Assembly (NCBI GenBank): GCA_046543235.1
Contig: JBKGZT010000034.1
Span: forward strand, 1 to 15,626
Length of the DNA: 15,626 bases
Source: Candidatus Acetothermia bacterium
GTDB lineage: Bacteria > Bipolaricaulota > Bipolaricaulia > M55B111
Direction of reading: 5' to 3'
The first letter of the stretch is position 1. Every line of letters starts with the position of its first letter. Below are positions 6,247 to 15,626 of the stretch, piece by piece. A model generated the notes under the pieces. The model was not told the origin of the DNA, did no database searches, and saw only the letters and a program-made list of their open reading frames with translations. Made by a program: the position numbers and the translations under genes.

Positions 6247-8082
6247 TCAACCCTCACTCACGCTGATCTCCGCTCCGCTGTCCCGAGCTGCTTCTATCTT
6301 ATCGGACTGAGGTGAGTTCCGATCCAGCTTAATCCTTCCCTGTTTTGAAACCGCCCCAGTGAAGACCCTTCGGCCCTCGACCCAGATTTCGACTTCCTCA
6401 CCCCTCAACGAAGGATCGAAATTCATTATCAGGTACTCGTCCGTCTTCTTGACGCTGAAACCGCTATCCTTCGTGCTCGACCCCCTTTCCTGAAAGCTCC
6501 TGACGTCGATACTTAATCCCAGCTCTCCTTCAAGGGCGTCGATCTTCTCGCCGCCCCGACCGAGAACCGCCGGCACGTGATTGTCAGCCACGTAAATGGC
6601 GATCCTGTTGTCGGATTTTATTTCCAGGTCGAAATCGAAATTGAACTCTTTACCCAAGTAGTACTCCAATTCCCTCCGGGCCAGGTTCCACATCGGCTTG
6701 GCTTCGTCGCCCTCGACGCTCATCACCACTACCTGTTCCCCGAAGGTATACATCTCGTAGGCGAGCGTACCGCTATCGAAATCCCTGACTTCAATCACCG
6801 GACGGGCGAGGTCACCTTGCTCCATTCCAGAAGGGGTCTTTACGGTGAGCTCGACGTCAAATACTTTCCTTACATCCCCGCCGTCGACGTGGACTACGGT
6901 GTCCACTATCTGAGGGATCATCCCCAGTTCGACCCGACCGATCAATCGCTGGATGGAATCGATCGCCTTGGTTGCGTGAACGACCCCGACCAGTCCGACC
7001 CCGGACATTCTCAGGTCAGCAAAGACCTCGAAGTCGGAGGTCTGGCGCATCTCGTCAAAGATCGTGTAGTCCGGCCTGGTCAACAAAAGTACTTCCGCCG
7101 TATTCGCCATGTCGCCATCCAGATCCCTATACTGGCTGATTTCGGGGGAAACGTCTAGATCCCGGGGTTTTTCCATCGTTTTAACTATCCAGCCGGACTC
7201 CCGAAGGTACTCCGATAGGGCCTGAACCAGCGTCGACTTCCCCATACCCGGAGCTCCGGAAACCACGACGCCGCGATGCGACTCGCTCAACCGCTCCTTC
7301 AGCAGCTCGGAATAGGAATAATCGTCGACCACGGTCTTCGTTACCGGTCTCGTGGCCGTAATCTCCACCGAATCGGAAAACGGGGGCTTCGCAATGGCGA
7401 TCCTGATGTCGCCGAGTTGAACCACCGAGGCTCCTCCCGAATCCATCTCGATGAACCCAGAAGTATGCGTATCAGCTGATTCTACTATTTCCTCGGCGAT
7501 TTCTTCCAATCTTTCGGGGCTTATCTCCTCGGAGCCGATCTGCTGAAGTTCCATCTTTCCCGGCTCTCCCTTCTTGGCCTTAGGGATCGTACCCGCCCGT
7601 AAGTGAACGGACATCGTGTTCTCGTCGAAGAACTCGAGCAGGCCAAGGCCGCTGAAATCCAGTTCTTCGGCCTCCTCCTCGAGCTCGTCCAGTACCACGG
7701 AAATTCCCTTGCTACGCGCCACCGTGGCCTGAATCCGGTCGCTCGTTATAAGAGTCGCGTCCTCCATTTCCGCCAGATCCCTTATCATCGCCTCGATCTC
7801 GCCGGACTCGGCCAGATCCACCTCGTTCTTGCTCGGCCTGTTCCCTTTGAAATCCAGTTCCAGCTGCTTTTCCTCACAGACCTCCCGCAGCCTGGCCAGT
7901 TCGTTCAACCCCTTATAACCCGTCTCCTTTCCTTTTGAAGCCTTAGCTTCCAGTTCCGCCACCACTGCCTCCGGGACGATTATACTTGCCCCTTCAATTC
8001 CCTCTTCTTCCAGCAGGCCAGTCACTCTGCCGTCCACTATTACGCTCGTATCCGGAACGTACTTTTTGCTCTCTCTTTTCAT
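6247..8082 (-). CDS. PIN domain-ATPase-KH protein (archaeal PINA / PINc-VapC family ATPase type)
   Basis: PIN N-terminus (YVPDTSVIVDG, VVAELE, LITSD), TMSVHLR, Walker A GAPGMGKST, KTMEKPRDL, Walker B YTIFDEMR, ADLRMSGVGLVGVVHA, KH GxxG (LGRGG). ATG at 8082 preferred over GTG 8094 because GAGGT lies just upstream. Confidence 0.9.
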   Translation of the reverse strand: MKRESKKYVPDTSVIVDGRVTGLLEEEGIEGASIIVPEAVVAELEAKASKGKETGYKGLNELARLREVCEEKQLELDFKGNRPSKNEVDLAESGEIEAMIRDLAEMEDATLITSDRIQATVARSKGISVVLDELEEEAEELDFSGLGLLEFFDENTMSVHLRAGTIPKAKKGEPGKMELQQIGSEEISPERLEEIAEEIVESADTHTSGFIEMDSGGASVVQLGDIRIAIAKPPFSDSVEITATRPVTKTVVDDYSYSELLKERLSESHRGVVVSGAPGMGKSTLVQALSEYLRESGWIVKTMEKPRDLDVSPEISQYRDLDGDMANTAEVLLLTRPDYTIFDEMRQTSDFEVFADLRMSGVGLVGVVHATKAIDSIQRLIGRVELGMIPQIVDTVVHVDGGDVRKVFDVELTVKTPSGMEQGDLARPVIEVRDFDSGTLAYEMYTFGEQVVVMSVEGDEAKPMWNLARRELEYYLGKEFNFDFDLEIKSDNRIAIYVADNHVPAVLGRGGEKIDALEGELGLSIDVRSFQERGSSTKDSGFSVKKTDEYLIMNFDPSLRGEEVEIWVEGRRVFTGAVSKQGRIKLDRNSPQSDKIEAARDSGAEISVSEG

Positions 8083-8127
8083 ATACGACCTCACGCTTTT
8101 GATCTCTTCCAGGGAAGCCTGAAAGAA

Positions 8128-8157
8128 ATTATAGTAAGTTAGAAGACTTCTTGTTAG
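8128..8157 (-). promoter_or_regulatory. Putative internal promoter for the PIN-ATPase gene
   Basis: Minus strand CTAACA, 18 nt, TATAAT (8128-8133) in an AT-rich gap; palindrome AGAAGACTTCT (8141-8151) in the spacer. Confidence 0.45.
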
Positions 8158-8165
8158 TAGTTCTC

Positions 8166-9434
8166 CTAGTGAAACGAACCGAGAATAAGTTCCGCCAGCC
8201 TCTCGTGATCGTGCTTTATCGTCTTTTTACCCTCCAGCTCGACCTTGCTGACCAGATCGTCCAGAAGGGGTTCAATACCGTATTCATTATCATCGACGAG
8301 ATCCGGTTCCACAAGCTCCGCACCCTCGCTGGTATAACGCTCCAGTATACTATCCTCCGCAGTACCCACGTTTACGACGGCATTATCCAGGTACGCCACG
8401 TTAATATAGTCGCTCAGGACCTCCAGGTGATCCCGGGCAGACATCCCGTCGGTCTCTCCCGGTTCGGTCATTATGTTCGTAACGTAGTACTTTTCCGCGT
8501 CCGCGGACTCCAGAGCCTCGGCAAACCCTTCCACCAGGAGGTTCGGGATCAACGAGGTAAAGAGGCTACCGGGCCCCAGTACGACGATGTCGGCGTTCTT
8601 CGCTTCCTCCAGAGCCGGCGGGTAGGCCGGTGCCTTCTCGGCAAGCTCTACTTTTTCTATTCTACCCGGGTGATTGGACAGGGTACTCTCCCCCTGCAAG
8701 ACTTCGCCGCCTTCAAGCCGGGCAACGAGGTTCGTATTCTTCAACGTCGAGGGGATCACCCTGCCCCGGATGTTCAAGAGCTTACTGGTCTCTTCTATCG
8801 CCAGGTCAAAACCACCCTCGATCCGCTCCAGGCCGGCTATAATCAGGTTGCCGAGCGAATGACCCTCAAGTTCGCCCCCCTGTTCAAACCTGTGCTGAAA
8901 TATCTCGCTCATCCTGGACTCGTCGTCAGCCAGGGCTATAAGACAGTTTCTAATATCGCCGGGAGGAAGCATGTTCATCTCCCGCCTGAGTCTGCCTGAA
9001 CTCCCCCCGTCGTCCATTACGGTCACTATGGCCGTAATGTTAGAGGTGTAGCCCTTTAAACCCCTCAATAGGACGGACAGGCCGGTTCCTCCACCTATGG
9101 CAACCACCTTCGCCCCTTTGGACAGCAGGCGCTTGTCCCAGATGAGTTCGGATGCAGGACGCTCAAGCGGCTCCATCGGTTCCGTCACTGACAGGGCGAG
9201 CCTGTTAAACCCCCAAACTAGCCCTGAAAGACCGGCAACCAACGATACCCCGGCGACCAGATAGTAATAAAGGGGGGTGGAAGACAACCAGTCATAGAGC
9301 AAATCTACCGTAGATCTTCCGACGAGGAGGATCAGGGAAAAACCGACCAGAAGGGCCGAGGCCACTCCGAGAAGGACCCATCTTTTTACCTTCATTCCCG
9401 GATAGAGCCACTTGGAGAGGTTCTTCCAGTCCAT
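8166..9434 (-). CDS. yvcK: YvcK/GlmR (UPF0052, CofD-like) protein with an N-terminal two-helix membrane extension
   Basis: IGGGTGLS, DDGGSSGRLR, PPGDIRNC, GHSLGNL, GPGSLFTSLIPNL, NIMTEPGET; N-terminal WLYPGMKVKRW followed by two hydrophobic stretches. Confidence 0.93.
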   Translation of the reverse strand: MDWKNLSKWLYPGMKVKRWVLLGVASALLVGFSLILLVGRSTVDLLYDWLSSTPLYYYLVAGVSLVAGLSGLVWGFNRLALSVTEPMEPLERPASELIWDKRLLSKGAKVVAIGGGTGLSVLLRGLKGYTSNITAIVTVMDDGGSSGRLRREMNMLPPGDIRNCLIALADDESRMSEIFQHRFEQGGELEGHSLGNLIIAGLERIEGGFDLAIEETSKLLNIRGRVIPSTLKNTNLVARLEGGEVLQGESTLSNHPGRIEKVELAEKAPAYPPALEEAKNADIVVLGPGSLFTSLIPNLLVEGFAEALESADAEKYYVTNIMTEPGETDGMSARDHLEVLSDYINVAYLDNAVVNVGTAEDSILERYTSEGAELVEPDLVDDNEYGIEPLLDDLVSKVELEGKKTIKHDHERLAELILGSFH

Positions 9435-9442
9435 TCTTCTCC

Positions 9443-12400
9443 TTACTCCCTGGGAGTTAACGTCACGTCGTTTATTCCTTCCACTTTTTTTAGTCGTTCC
9501 AGAGTATTCCGATCGACGGAAACCCTGAAGCTCCCTCCTGATTTAACTATCCTGTAGGTACCTCTCTGATCGTCCTTTAGCTTGAAGTATATCGGGGCAT
9601 CCCCCTGCTCAGGGATCTCCTTGATCCTGTCCAGGGTCTCTTCTGTCGTGAGGTTGGCGTTCAACTCTAACTCCACTTCCGTCTCCACCTCGTCCCACGC
9701 CCGCTCTATCGGTACGACCTTCTGAGCAATGAGCTGTCTTTCACCGTCCCTCCGGTCGACTTTCGCCTTCATTAAAAGGATGTTGTCCGGAGCGAGCAGC
9801 GACCCCGACTCCTCAAATACGTTCGGAAAAGCTACCAGCTCCTGTTCCCCGTAACCGTCGGAGATGGTCAGAAAGGCCATCGGATCGCCGTTTCTGGTGT
9901 TTATCTGATTCATCTCGCTTATCCGTCCGGCAACCCAGGTCGAACCGTTCTGACCGATCCCTTCGATGTCGTCCAGTTTACAACAGGAGAAGGAATCTAT
10001 CTCGAACCTGTGTTCTTCCAGGGGATCGCCGGAGATATAGACCCCGAGGAATTCCTTCTCCATCCTGAGCCGCTCCCCTCTCGGGAACCGTTCCATCTCC
10101 TCCCTCGGCGTGTCGTCCTCCTGGAACTCGATCCCCTGATCGAAGAAGGAGCGCTGACCGCTCTTCTGCTGATCCGCTGTTATCCCGCTCACCTCGAGCC
10201 CCTTGTCCATTTGGGATAGCAGGTACTTCCTGGTCCCGAACTCGTCGAATGCCCCAACTCTGATAAGGCTCTCGAGGGATTCCTTGTTGAGGCTACCGCC
10301 CACCCTCTGACAGAACCCGAGAAAGGAGGAATAGCCGTCACCCCTCTTTTCGACTACCGCTCTTGCGGGTTCGCTCCCGACGTACTTTACGGCTTCGAGG
10401 CCGAACCTTATGTCTCCGTCCCCGTTTGGCGCGAACCCGAGGAGGCTCTCGTTGACGGAAGGCGGAAGTACTTCTATACCCATACTCTCGCAGTCCCCGA
10501 TGTACTTTTCTACTTTGTCCTCGTTTCCCCCTACGGAGGTGAGCAGACTCGCCATGTACGAAGCGGGATAGTTCGCCTTCAACCAGGCCGTCCAGTAGGA
10601 AATCATGGCATAAGCCGTGGAATGGGACTTGTTGAAACCGTACCGGGAGAACTTATCTATGTCTGAGAAAAGTTCATCCGCCTGGCTCTCTTCGATTCCG
10701 TTGTCGACACAACCATTGATAAACTTCTCCTTGAGCTGGTTCATCACCTTCTTTTTTTTCTTCCCCATGGCGACGCGCAAAGTATCAGCTTCGGGAAGCG
10801 AGAAACCAGCAAGCTCCTGTGCCATCTGCATGATCTGTTCCTGGTAGATCGGCAAACCATAAGTATCATCGAGCACCCCCTCCAGATCCGGATGGGGATA
10901 GGTTACTTCCTCCCTGCCGTGCTTCCGCTCGATGTAATCCTCGGTCATCCCGCTCTCAAGCGGTCCTGGCCGATAGAGGGCATTCGCAGCAACGATATCC
11001 TCGAACTTCCTCGGCTCGAGTCGCTTCATCAACCCCTGCATTCCCTCGCTTTCCAGCTGAAATACCCCGATCGTCCTGCCATTCCTGAGCAGTTCGAAGG
11101 TGTTCTGATCCCTCTCAGGTATATCCTCGATATCCAAGCTCTTCCCTTCGACCTTTTCTATCAATTCAAAGGTATCCTCGATTATAGTCAGGTTACGCAA
11201 GCCGAGGAAGTCCATCTTCAGGAGACCGATATCCTCGAGGACGTCCATGTCGTACTGGGTAACTACCTCCCCGTCGCTCAACCGCTGGAGCGGGGCGTAC
11301 TCAGTCAGTTCACCCGGCGCTATCACCACGCCGGCAGCGTGCGTGGAGGCATTCCGCATCAACCCTTCAAGCTTCAGCGCGACCTCGAACAACCTACTAT
11401 AAGTCTGGTTCGCCTTCGATTTCTTCTCCAGCTCGGGCACGTTTTCCAGCGCCTCATCCAGCGAGCTTCCCGGGGGGATCGCCTTCGCGATTTCGTCCGC
11501 GTCGTCGTAAGGTATGTCCAGAACCCTGGCGACGTCCCGGATAGCACTACGGGCTGCCATCGTGTCGAACGTCGCGATCTGTGCCACCTGGTCCTCCCCG
11601 TATTTGTCAACGACGTAATCGATGACCTCGTCCCGGCCCTCCATGCAAAAATCTATGTCTATATCGGGCATGCTCACCCTACCGGGGTTGAGGAAACGCT
11701 CAAATAGGAGATCGTGTTCTAGAGGATCGACGTCGGTAATCCCCAGGGTATAAGCAACCACGCTGGAGGCGGCCGACCCGCGCCCCGGACCTACCGGTAT
11801 GTCGTTTTCCTTGGCAAATTCTATGAAGTCCCTGACTATCAGGAAGTAGGTCGGATATCCCATCTCATCTATGATCCCCAGTTCGTGATCTATCCGGTCA
11901 GATATCTCCTCCGTGATCTCGCCCCAGCGCTCCCTCGCACCCTCTTCCACCAGCTTCCGCAGGTAATCGAGCGAAGATTCGTACTCGTCTGGTACTTCAA
12001 ACGGGGGTAGCAGGTAGTCGTCACCGAAGTCCAGGTCCACCTCGCATCGTTCCGCTATTTCCACCGTGTTCTCCAGGGCATCCGGAACGTGGGAAAACCT
12101 CTCCTTCATTTCCTCCGGCGACTTGAGGTAATACTCTTCCCCTTCGTACCTCATCCTGTCCTCGTCGCTGAGTTTCTTGTTGGCCTTGATGTTCAGCAAC
12201 ACTTCGTGAGCGAGGCGATCCTCGGCTTCCAGGTAGTGGACGTCGTTAGTCGCTACTAGCCCGAGATCCATCTCGTGAGCGAGGTCAATGAGCTCCTCGT
12301 TAAGCTCGTCCTGGCCCTCCACCCCCTGATCCTGAAGCTCTATATAGAAATCGTCCTCTCCAAATATCCCGGCATACCTTTCCGCGGCCTCTATGGCCCC

Positions 12401-12862
12401 TTCGCGGTTATCCTGCAGCAGTTTCTTTGGAACTTCACCGCTCTTGCAGGCACTCAAACTTATCAGGTCTTCCGAGTATTCCTCCAGCAGCTCGTAATCC
12501 ACCCGGGGTTTATAATAGAAACCCTCGGTAAAAGCGCGGCTGGTAAGCTTTACGAGGTTCTCATAACCCTGGTTGCTCTTGGCAAGTACCACCAGGTGAT
12601 AGTACTTTTCCTTGCCCTGGTTATGTCCTCTTTTATCATGCCTGCTACCCGGCGCCACGTAGAGTTCACAACCGATAATTGGTTTTACATCAGCCTTCCT
12701 GGCTTCCCGGTAGAACTCGACGGCACCCCTTATGTTACCGTGATCGGTCAGGGCAATCGCCGACATGCCCTTCTCCCTGGTATTTTCTACCAGACCAGCC
12801 AGGGTATTCGTCGAATCCAGCAGGCTGTATTCCGAGTGGTTATGCAGATGAACGAAGTCCAT
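9443..12862 (-). CDS. dnaE: DNA polymerase III alpha subunit
   Basis: FVHLHNHSEYSLLD PHP domain, GPGRGSAASS, FERFLNPGRVSMPDIDIDF, HAAGVV, KMDFLGL, YGFNKSHS, OB fold (GDPMAFLTISD); 1139 aa with no insertion. Confidence 0.98.
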   Translation of the reverse strand: MDFVHLHNHSEYSLLDSTNTLAGLVENTREKGMSAIALTDHGNIRGAVEFYREARKADVKPIIGCELYVAPGSRHDKRGHNQGKEKYYHLVVLAKSNQGYENLVKLTSRAFTEGFYYKPRVDYELLEEYSEDLISLSACKSGEVPKKLLQDNREGAIEAAERYAGIFGEDDFYIELQDQGVEGQDELNEELIDLAHEMDLGLVATNDVHYLEAEDRLAHEVLLNIKANKKLSDEDRMRYEGEEYYLKSPEEMKERFSHVPDALENTVEIAERCEVDLDFGDDYLLPPFEVPDEYESSLDYLRKLVEEGARERWGEITEEISDRIDHELGIIDEMGYPTYFLIVRDFIEFAKENDIPVGPGRGSAASSVVAYTLGITDVDPLEHDLLFERFLNPGRVSMPDIDIDFCMEGRDEVIDYVVDKYGEDQVAQIATFDTMAARSAIRDVARVLDIPYDDADEIAKAIPPGSSLDEALENVPELEKKSKANQTYSRLFEVALKLEGLMRNASTHAAGVVIAPGELTEYAPLQRLSDGEVVTQYDMDVLEDIGLLKMDFLGLRNLTIIEDTFELIEKVEGKSLDIEDIPERDQNTFELLRNGRTIGVFQLESEGMQGLMKRLEPRKFEDIVAANALYRPGPLESGMTEDYIERKHGREEVTYPHPDLEGVLDDTYGLPIYQEQIMQMAQELAGFSLPEADTLRVAMGKKKKKVMNQLKEKFINGCVDNGIEESQADELFSDIDKFSRYGFNKSHSTAYAMISYWTAWLKANYPASYMASLLTSVGGNEDKVEKYIGDCESMGIEVLPPSVNESLLGFAPNGDGDIRFGLEAVKYVGSEPARAVVEKRGDGYSSFLGFCQRVGGSLNKESLESLIRVGAFDEFGTRKYLLSQMDKGLEVSGITADQQKSGQRSFFDQGIEFQEDDTPREEMERFPRGERLRMEKEFLGVYISGDPLEEHRFEIDSFSCCKLDDIEGIGQNGSTWVAGRISEMNQINTRNGDPMAFLTISDGYGEQELVAFPNVFEESGSLLAPDNILLMKAKVDRRDGERQLIAQKVVPIERAWDEVETEVELELNANLTTEETLDRIKEIPEQGDAPIYFKLKDDQRGTYRIVKSGGSFRVSVDRNTLERLKKVEGINDVTLTPRE

Positions 12863-12879
12863 ACCCGTCCCCCGATTTG

Positions 12880-13191
12880 TCAGTCACTTCCCCTCTCCTC
12901 ATCCGGCGGATATACGAGCCCCAGTTCTTCTCTGGCAAGTTTTTCGATGTAGCCGGGGTCGTTCCGCCGGGCCACCTCATCCTCAAGCTTCGAGATCTGC
13001 TCTCTCAATTCAGCCCTTTCCTCCTTTAACTCGGAGAGCTCGGCCCGAAGCGTGAATATCCTCTCGAACCTCCTCCAGTAGACCCAGCCGAGAAACCCCG
13101 ACGCAAGGAGGGCAATTACGAGCAAAATGGTCACGGCTCTACCCTGCATGGGGCCAGCTAACCCAGCCTGCTCTTTATCCCCTGTTGCCAT
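12880..13191 (-). CDS. Septum formation initiator (FtsB/DivIC family)
   Basis: ATG at 13191 with SD GGAGGTGA; single TM helix, coiled coil, then DPGYIEKLAREELGLVYP; downstream of eno, a widely seen gene order. Confidence 0.88.
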   Translation of the reverse strand: MATGDKEQAGLAGPMQGRAVTILLVIALLASGFLGWVYWRRFERIFTLRAELSELKEERAELREQISKLEDEVARRNDPGYIEKLAREELGLVYPPDEERGSD

Positions 13192-13259
13192 AGGGTCACC
13201 TCCCCGGTTTCGGAAGACCCTGACCAAACTAGGAACCCATATATTCCCTTAAGGGATTT

Positions 13260-14663
<1,404 letters not shown>

Positions 14664-14880
14664 TCACCGGTAGTTACTACGGGTCGTGTCCTCCATCCGA
14701 CCAGTCAGGGTCGATTATCGTATCGGGACCAGGTGGTCCTATATAGCTCAACCCGGACCTTTCACCTCTACCAACCAATTTAATTACCGACCAAGAAAGA
14801 CTGGAGAGGAGGGTCCGGGGCGCTAGCTAAGGAGTACCAGAAATCAATCTAGAGCTTTCTTAGACGACCATAGCAGTCAT

Positions 14881-14932
14881 AGTCCGGATTAAAGATGGTG
14901 AAAGAATTGATTATAGAAGAGTCTCCAGCAAG
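14881..14932. repeat. Dispersed intergenic repeat, copy B
   Basis: AGTCCGGATTAAAGATGGTGAAAGAATTGA...CTCCAGCAAG; same orientation as copy A at 722-774. Confidence 0.75.
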
Positions 14933-14982
14933 GAAAAAGAAAGGGCGTGATATATCCGGTCATCGATCGTTGGCATCGTATC

Positions 14983-15489
14983 TTACTCGGAGGACCCGTC
15001 TTCGGAAGGAGTTGCGATCTCCAGGATCCGGTACCGTGTCTCCCCTTTCGGGGTCTCTATCTCCACTTCTTCTCCTGCTTCTCTATCGAGCAGACCCTTA
15101 GCCACCGGGGATTTGACGGAGATCTCACCCTCCATCAGCCGGGCCTCGTGCTCACCCACTATCCGATAGGTAAACTCCCTATCCTGATCGAGATCCCTCA
15201 CGGTAACTTCCGTGCCGAAGTCCACCCGGTCGGTCTCGATCTCTTCTTCCGAGATCACCGTCGCTTCGCTCAATACGTCCTGAAGCTTGTTTAAGCTCTT
15301 GCGATGGTTTTGATAGGACTCTTTGGCCGCCATGTATCCGGCGTTTTCCGATAAGTCACCGTTGTCGGCCGTTCGGCTCATGTCTTCTCTGTTTTTTTCA
15401 ATCTTACCCTGGAGCTGTTCCACCTTCTCGGATAAGCGCTCGTAGCCTTCTTCCGTCAGTAAAGTGCTATTCTCGTAATCCCTCTCCAA
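14983..15489 (-). CDS. greA: Transcription elongation factor GreA
   Basis: LLTEEGYERL, GDLSENAGY with acidic D and E retained, VDFGTEVTV, YRIVGEHEA, ISVKSPVAKGLL; TTG start with SD GAGGTGG. Confidence 0.95.
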   Translation of the reverse strand: MERDYENSTLLTEEGYERLSEKVEQLQGKIEKNREDMSRTADNGDLSENAGYMAAKESYQNHRKSLNKLQDVLSEATVISEEEIETDRVDFGTEVTVRDLDQDREFTYRIVGEHEARLMEGEISVKSPVAKGLLDREAGEEVEIETPKGETRYRILEIATPSEDGSSE

Positions 15490-15626
15490 TTTAAACCACC
15501 TCGCTGTCCGCGCGAAATATTAGATCCTGGCAGACTTGTTGTAACCCTCAAGTAAGGACTTTTCAAGGGCGGCATAGTGTAGCGCTTTGTGTGTAAAAAA
15601 CAGCTTTGGAAACCGTTCGACAAAAC

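Noticed and set aside
8151-8999. 282-aa plus-strand ORF and other long antisense ORFs (6577-7158, 10892-11707, 12275-12952, 5473-6006)
   Set aside because: They lie opposite well-supported genes, show no recognisable motifs, and are expected from codon bias.
9443-12862. Inteins in DnaE (also checked RtcB and TopA)
   Set aside because: Lengths are normal and motifs are contiguous, with no insertion.
13192-13227. Longer start for the FtsB-like ORF
   Set aside because: A strong SD GGAGGTGA precedes ATG 13191.
13245-13256. Palindrome TCCCTTAAGGGA after the eno stop as a terminator
   Set aside because: Only a 4-bp stem, and the T-run is on the opposite strand to eno.
14860-14900. FMN riboswitch
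   Set aside because: Only a 3' fragment is similar; the 5' core and a downstream flavin gene are missing.

Overview
Bacterial chromosomal window of mostly housekeeping genes with strongly acidic proteins and GGAGG/GAGGTGA Shine-Dalgarno sites; a halophilic, deep-branching host such as Bipolaricaulota is an inference only. Left edge: a secreted lamin-tail-domain gene on the minus strand, truncated by the window. Plus strand: topA, tRNA-Ser(GGA), a large Alu-domain SRP RNA, then a compact RNA-repair cluster (2H phosphoesterase thpR, archease, rtcB). Converging on it from the minus strand: greA, eno, ftsB/divIC-like, dnaE, yvcK-like and an archaeal-type PIN-ATPase-KH (PINA-like) gene whose stop lies 6 nt from the rtcB stop. 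Most notable: (i) the thpR-archease-rtcB cluster abutting a PINA-like ATPase in a bacterial context; (ii) an unexplained element present twice, 14 kb apart, in the two long intergenic regions (26/30-nt core plus collinear blocks); (iii) a hairpin-rich region upstream of eno containing a 24-codon ORF with a sequestered SD. No CRISPR array, transposase or intein was seen.
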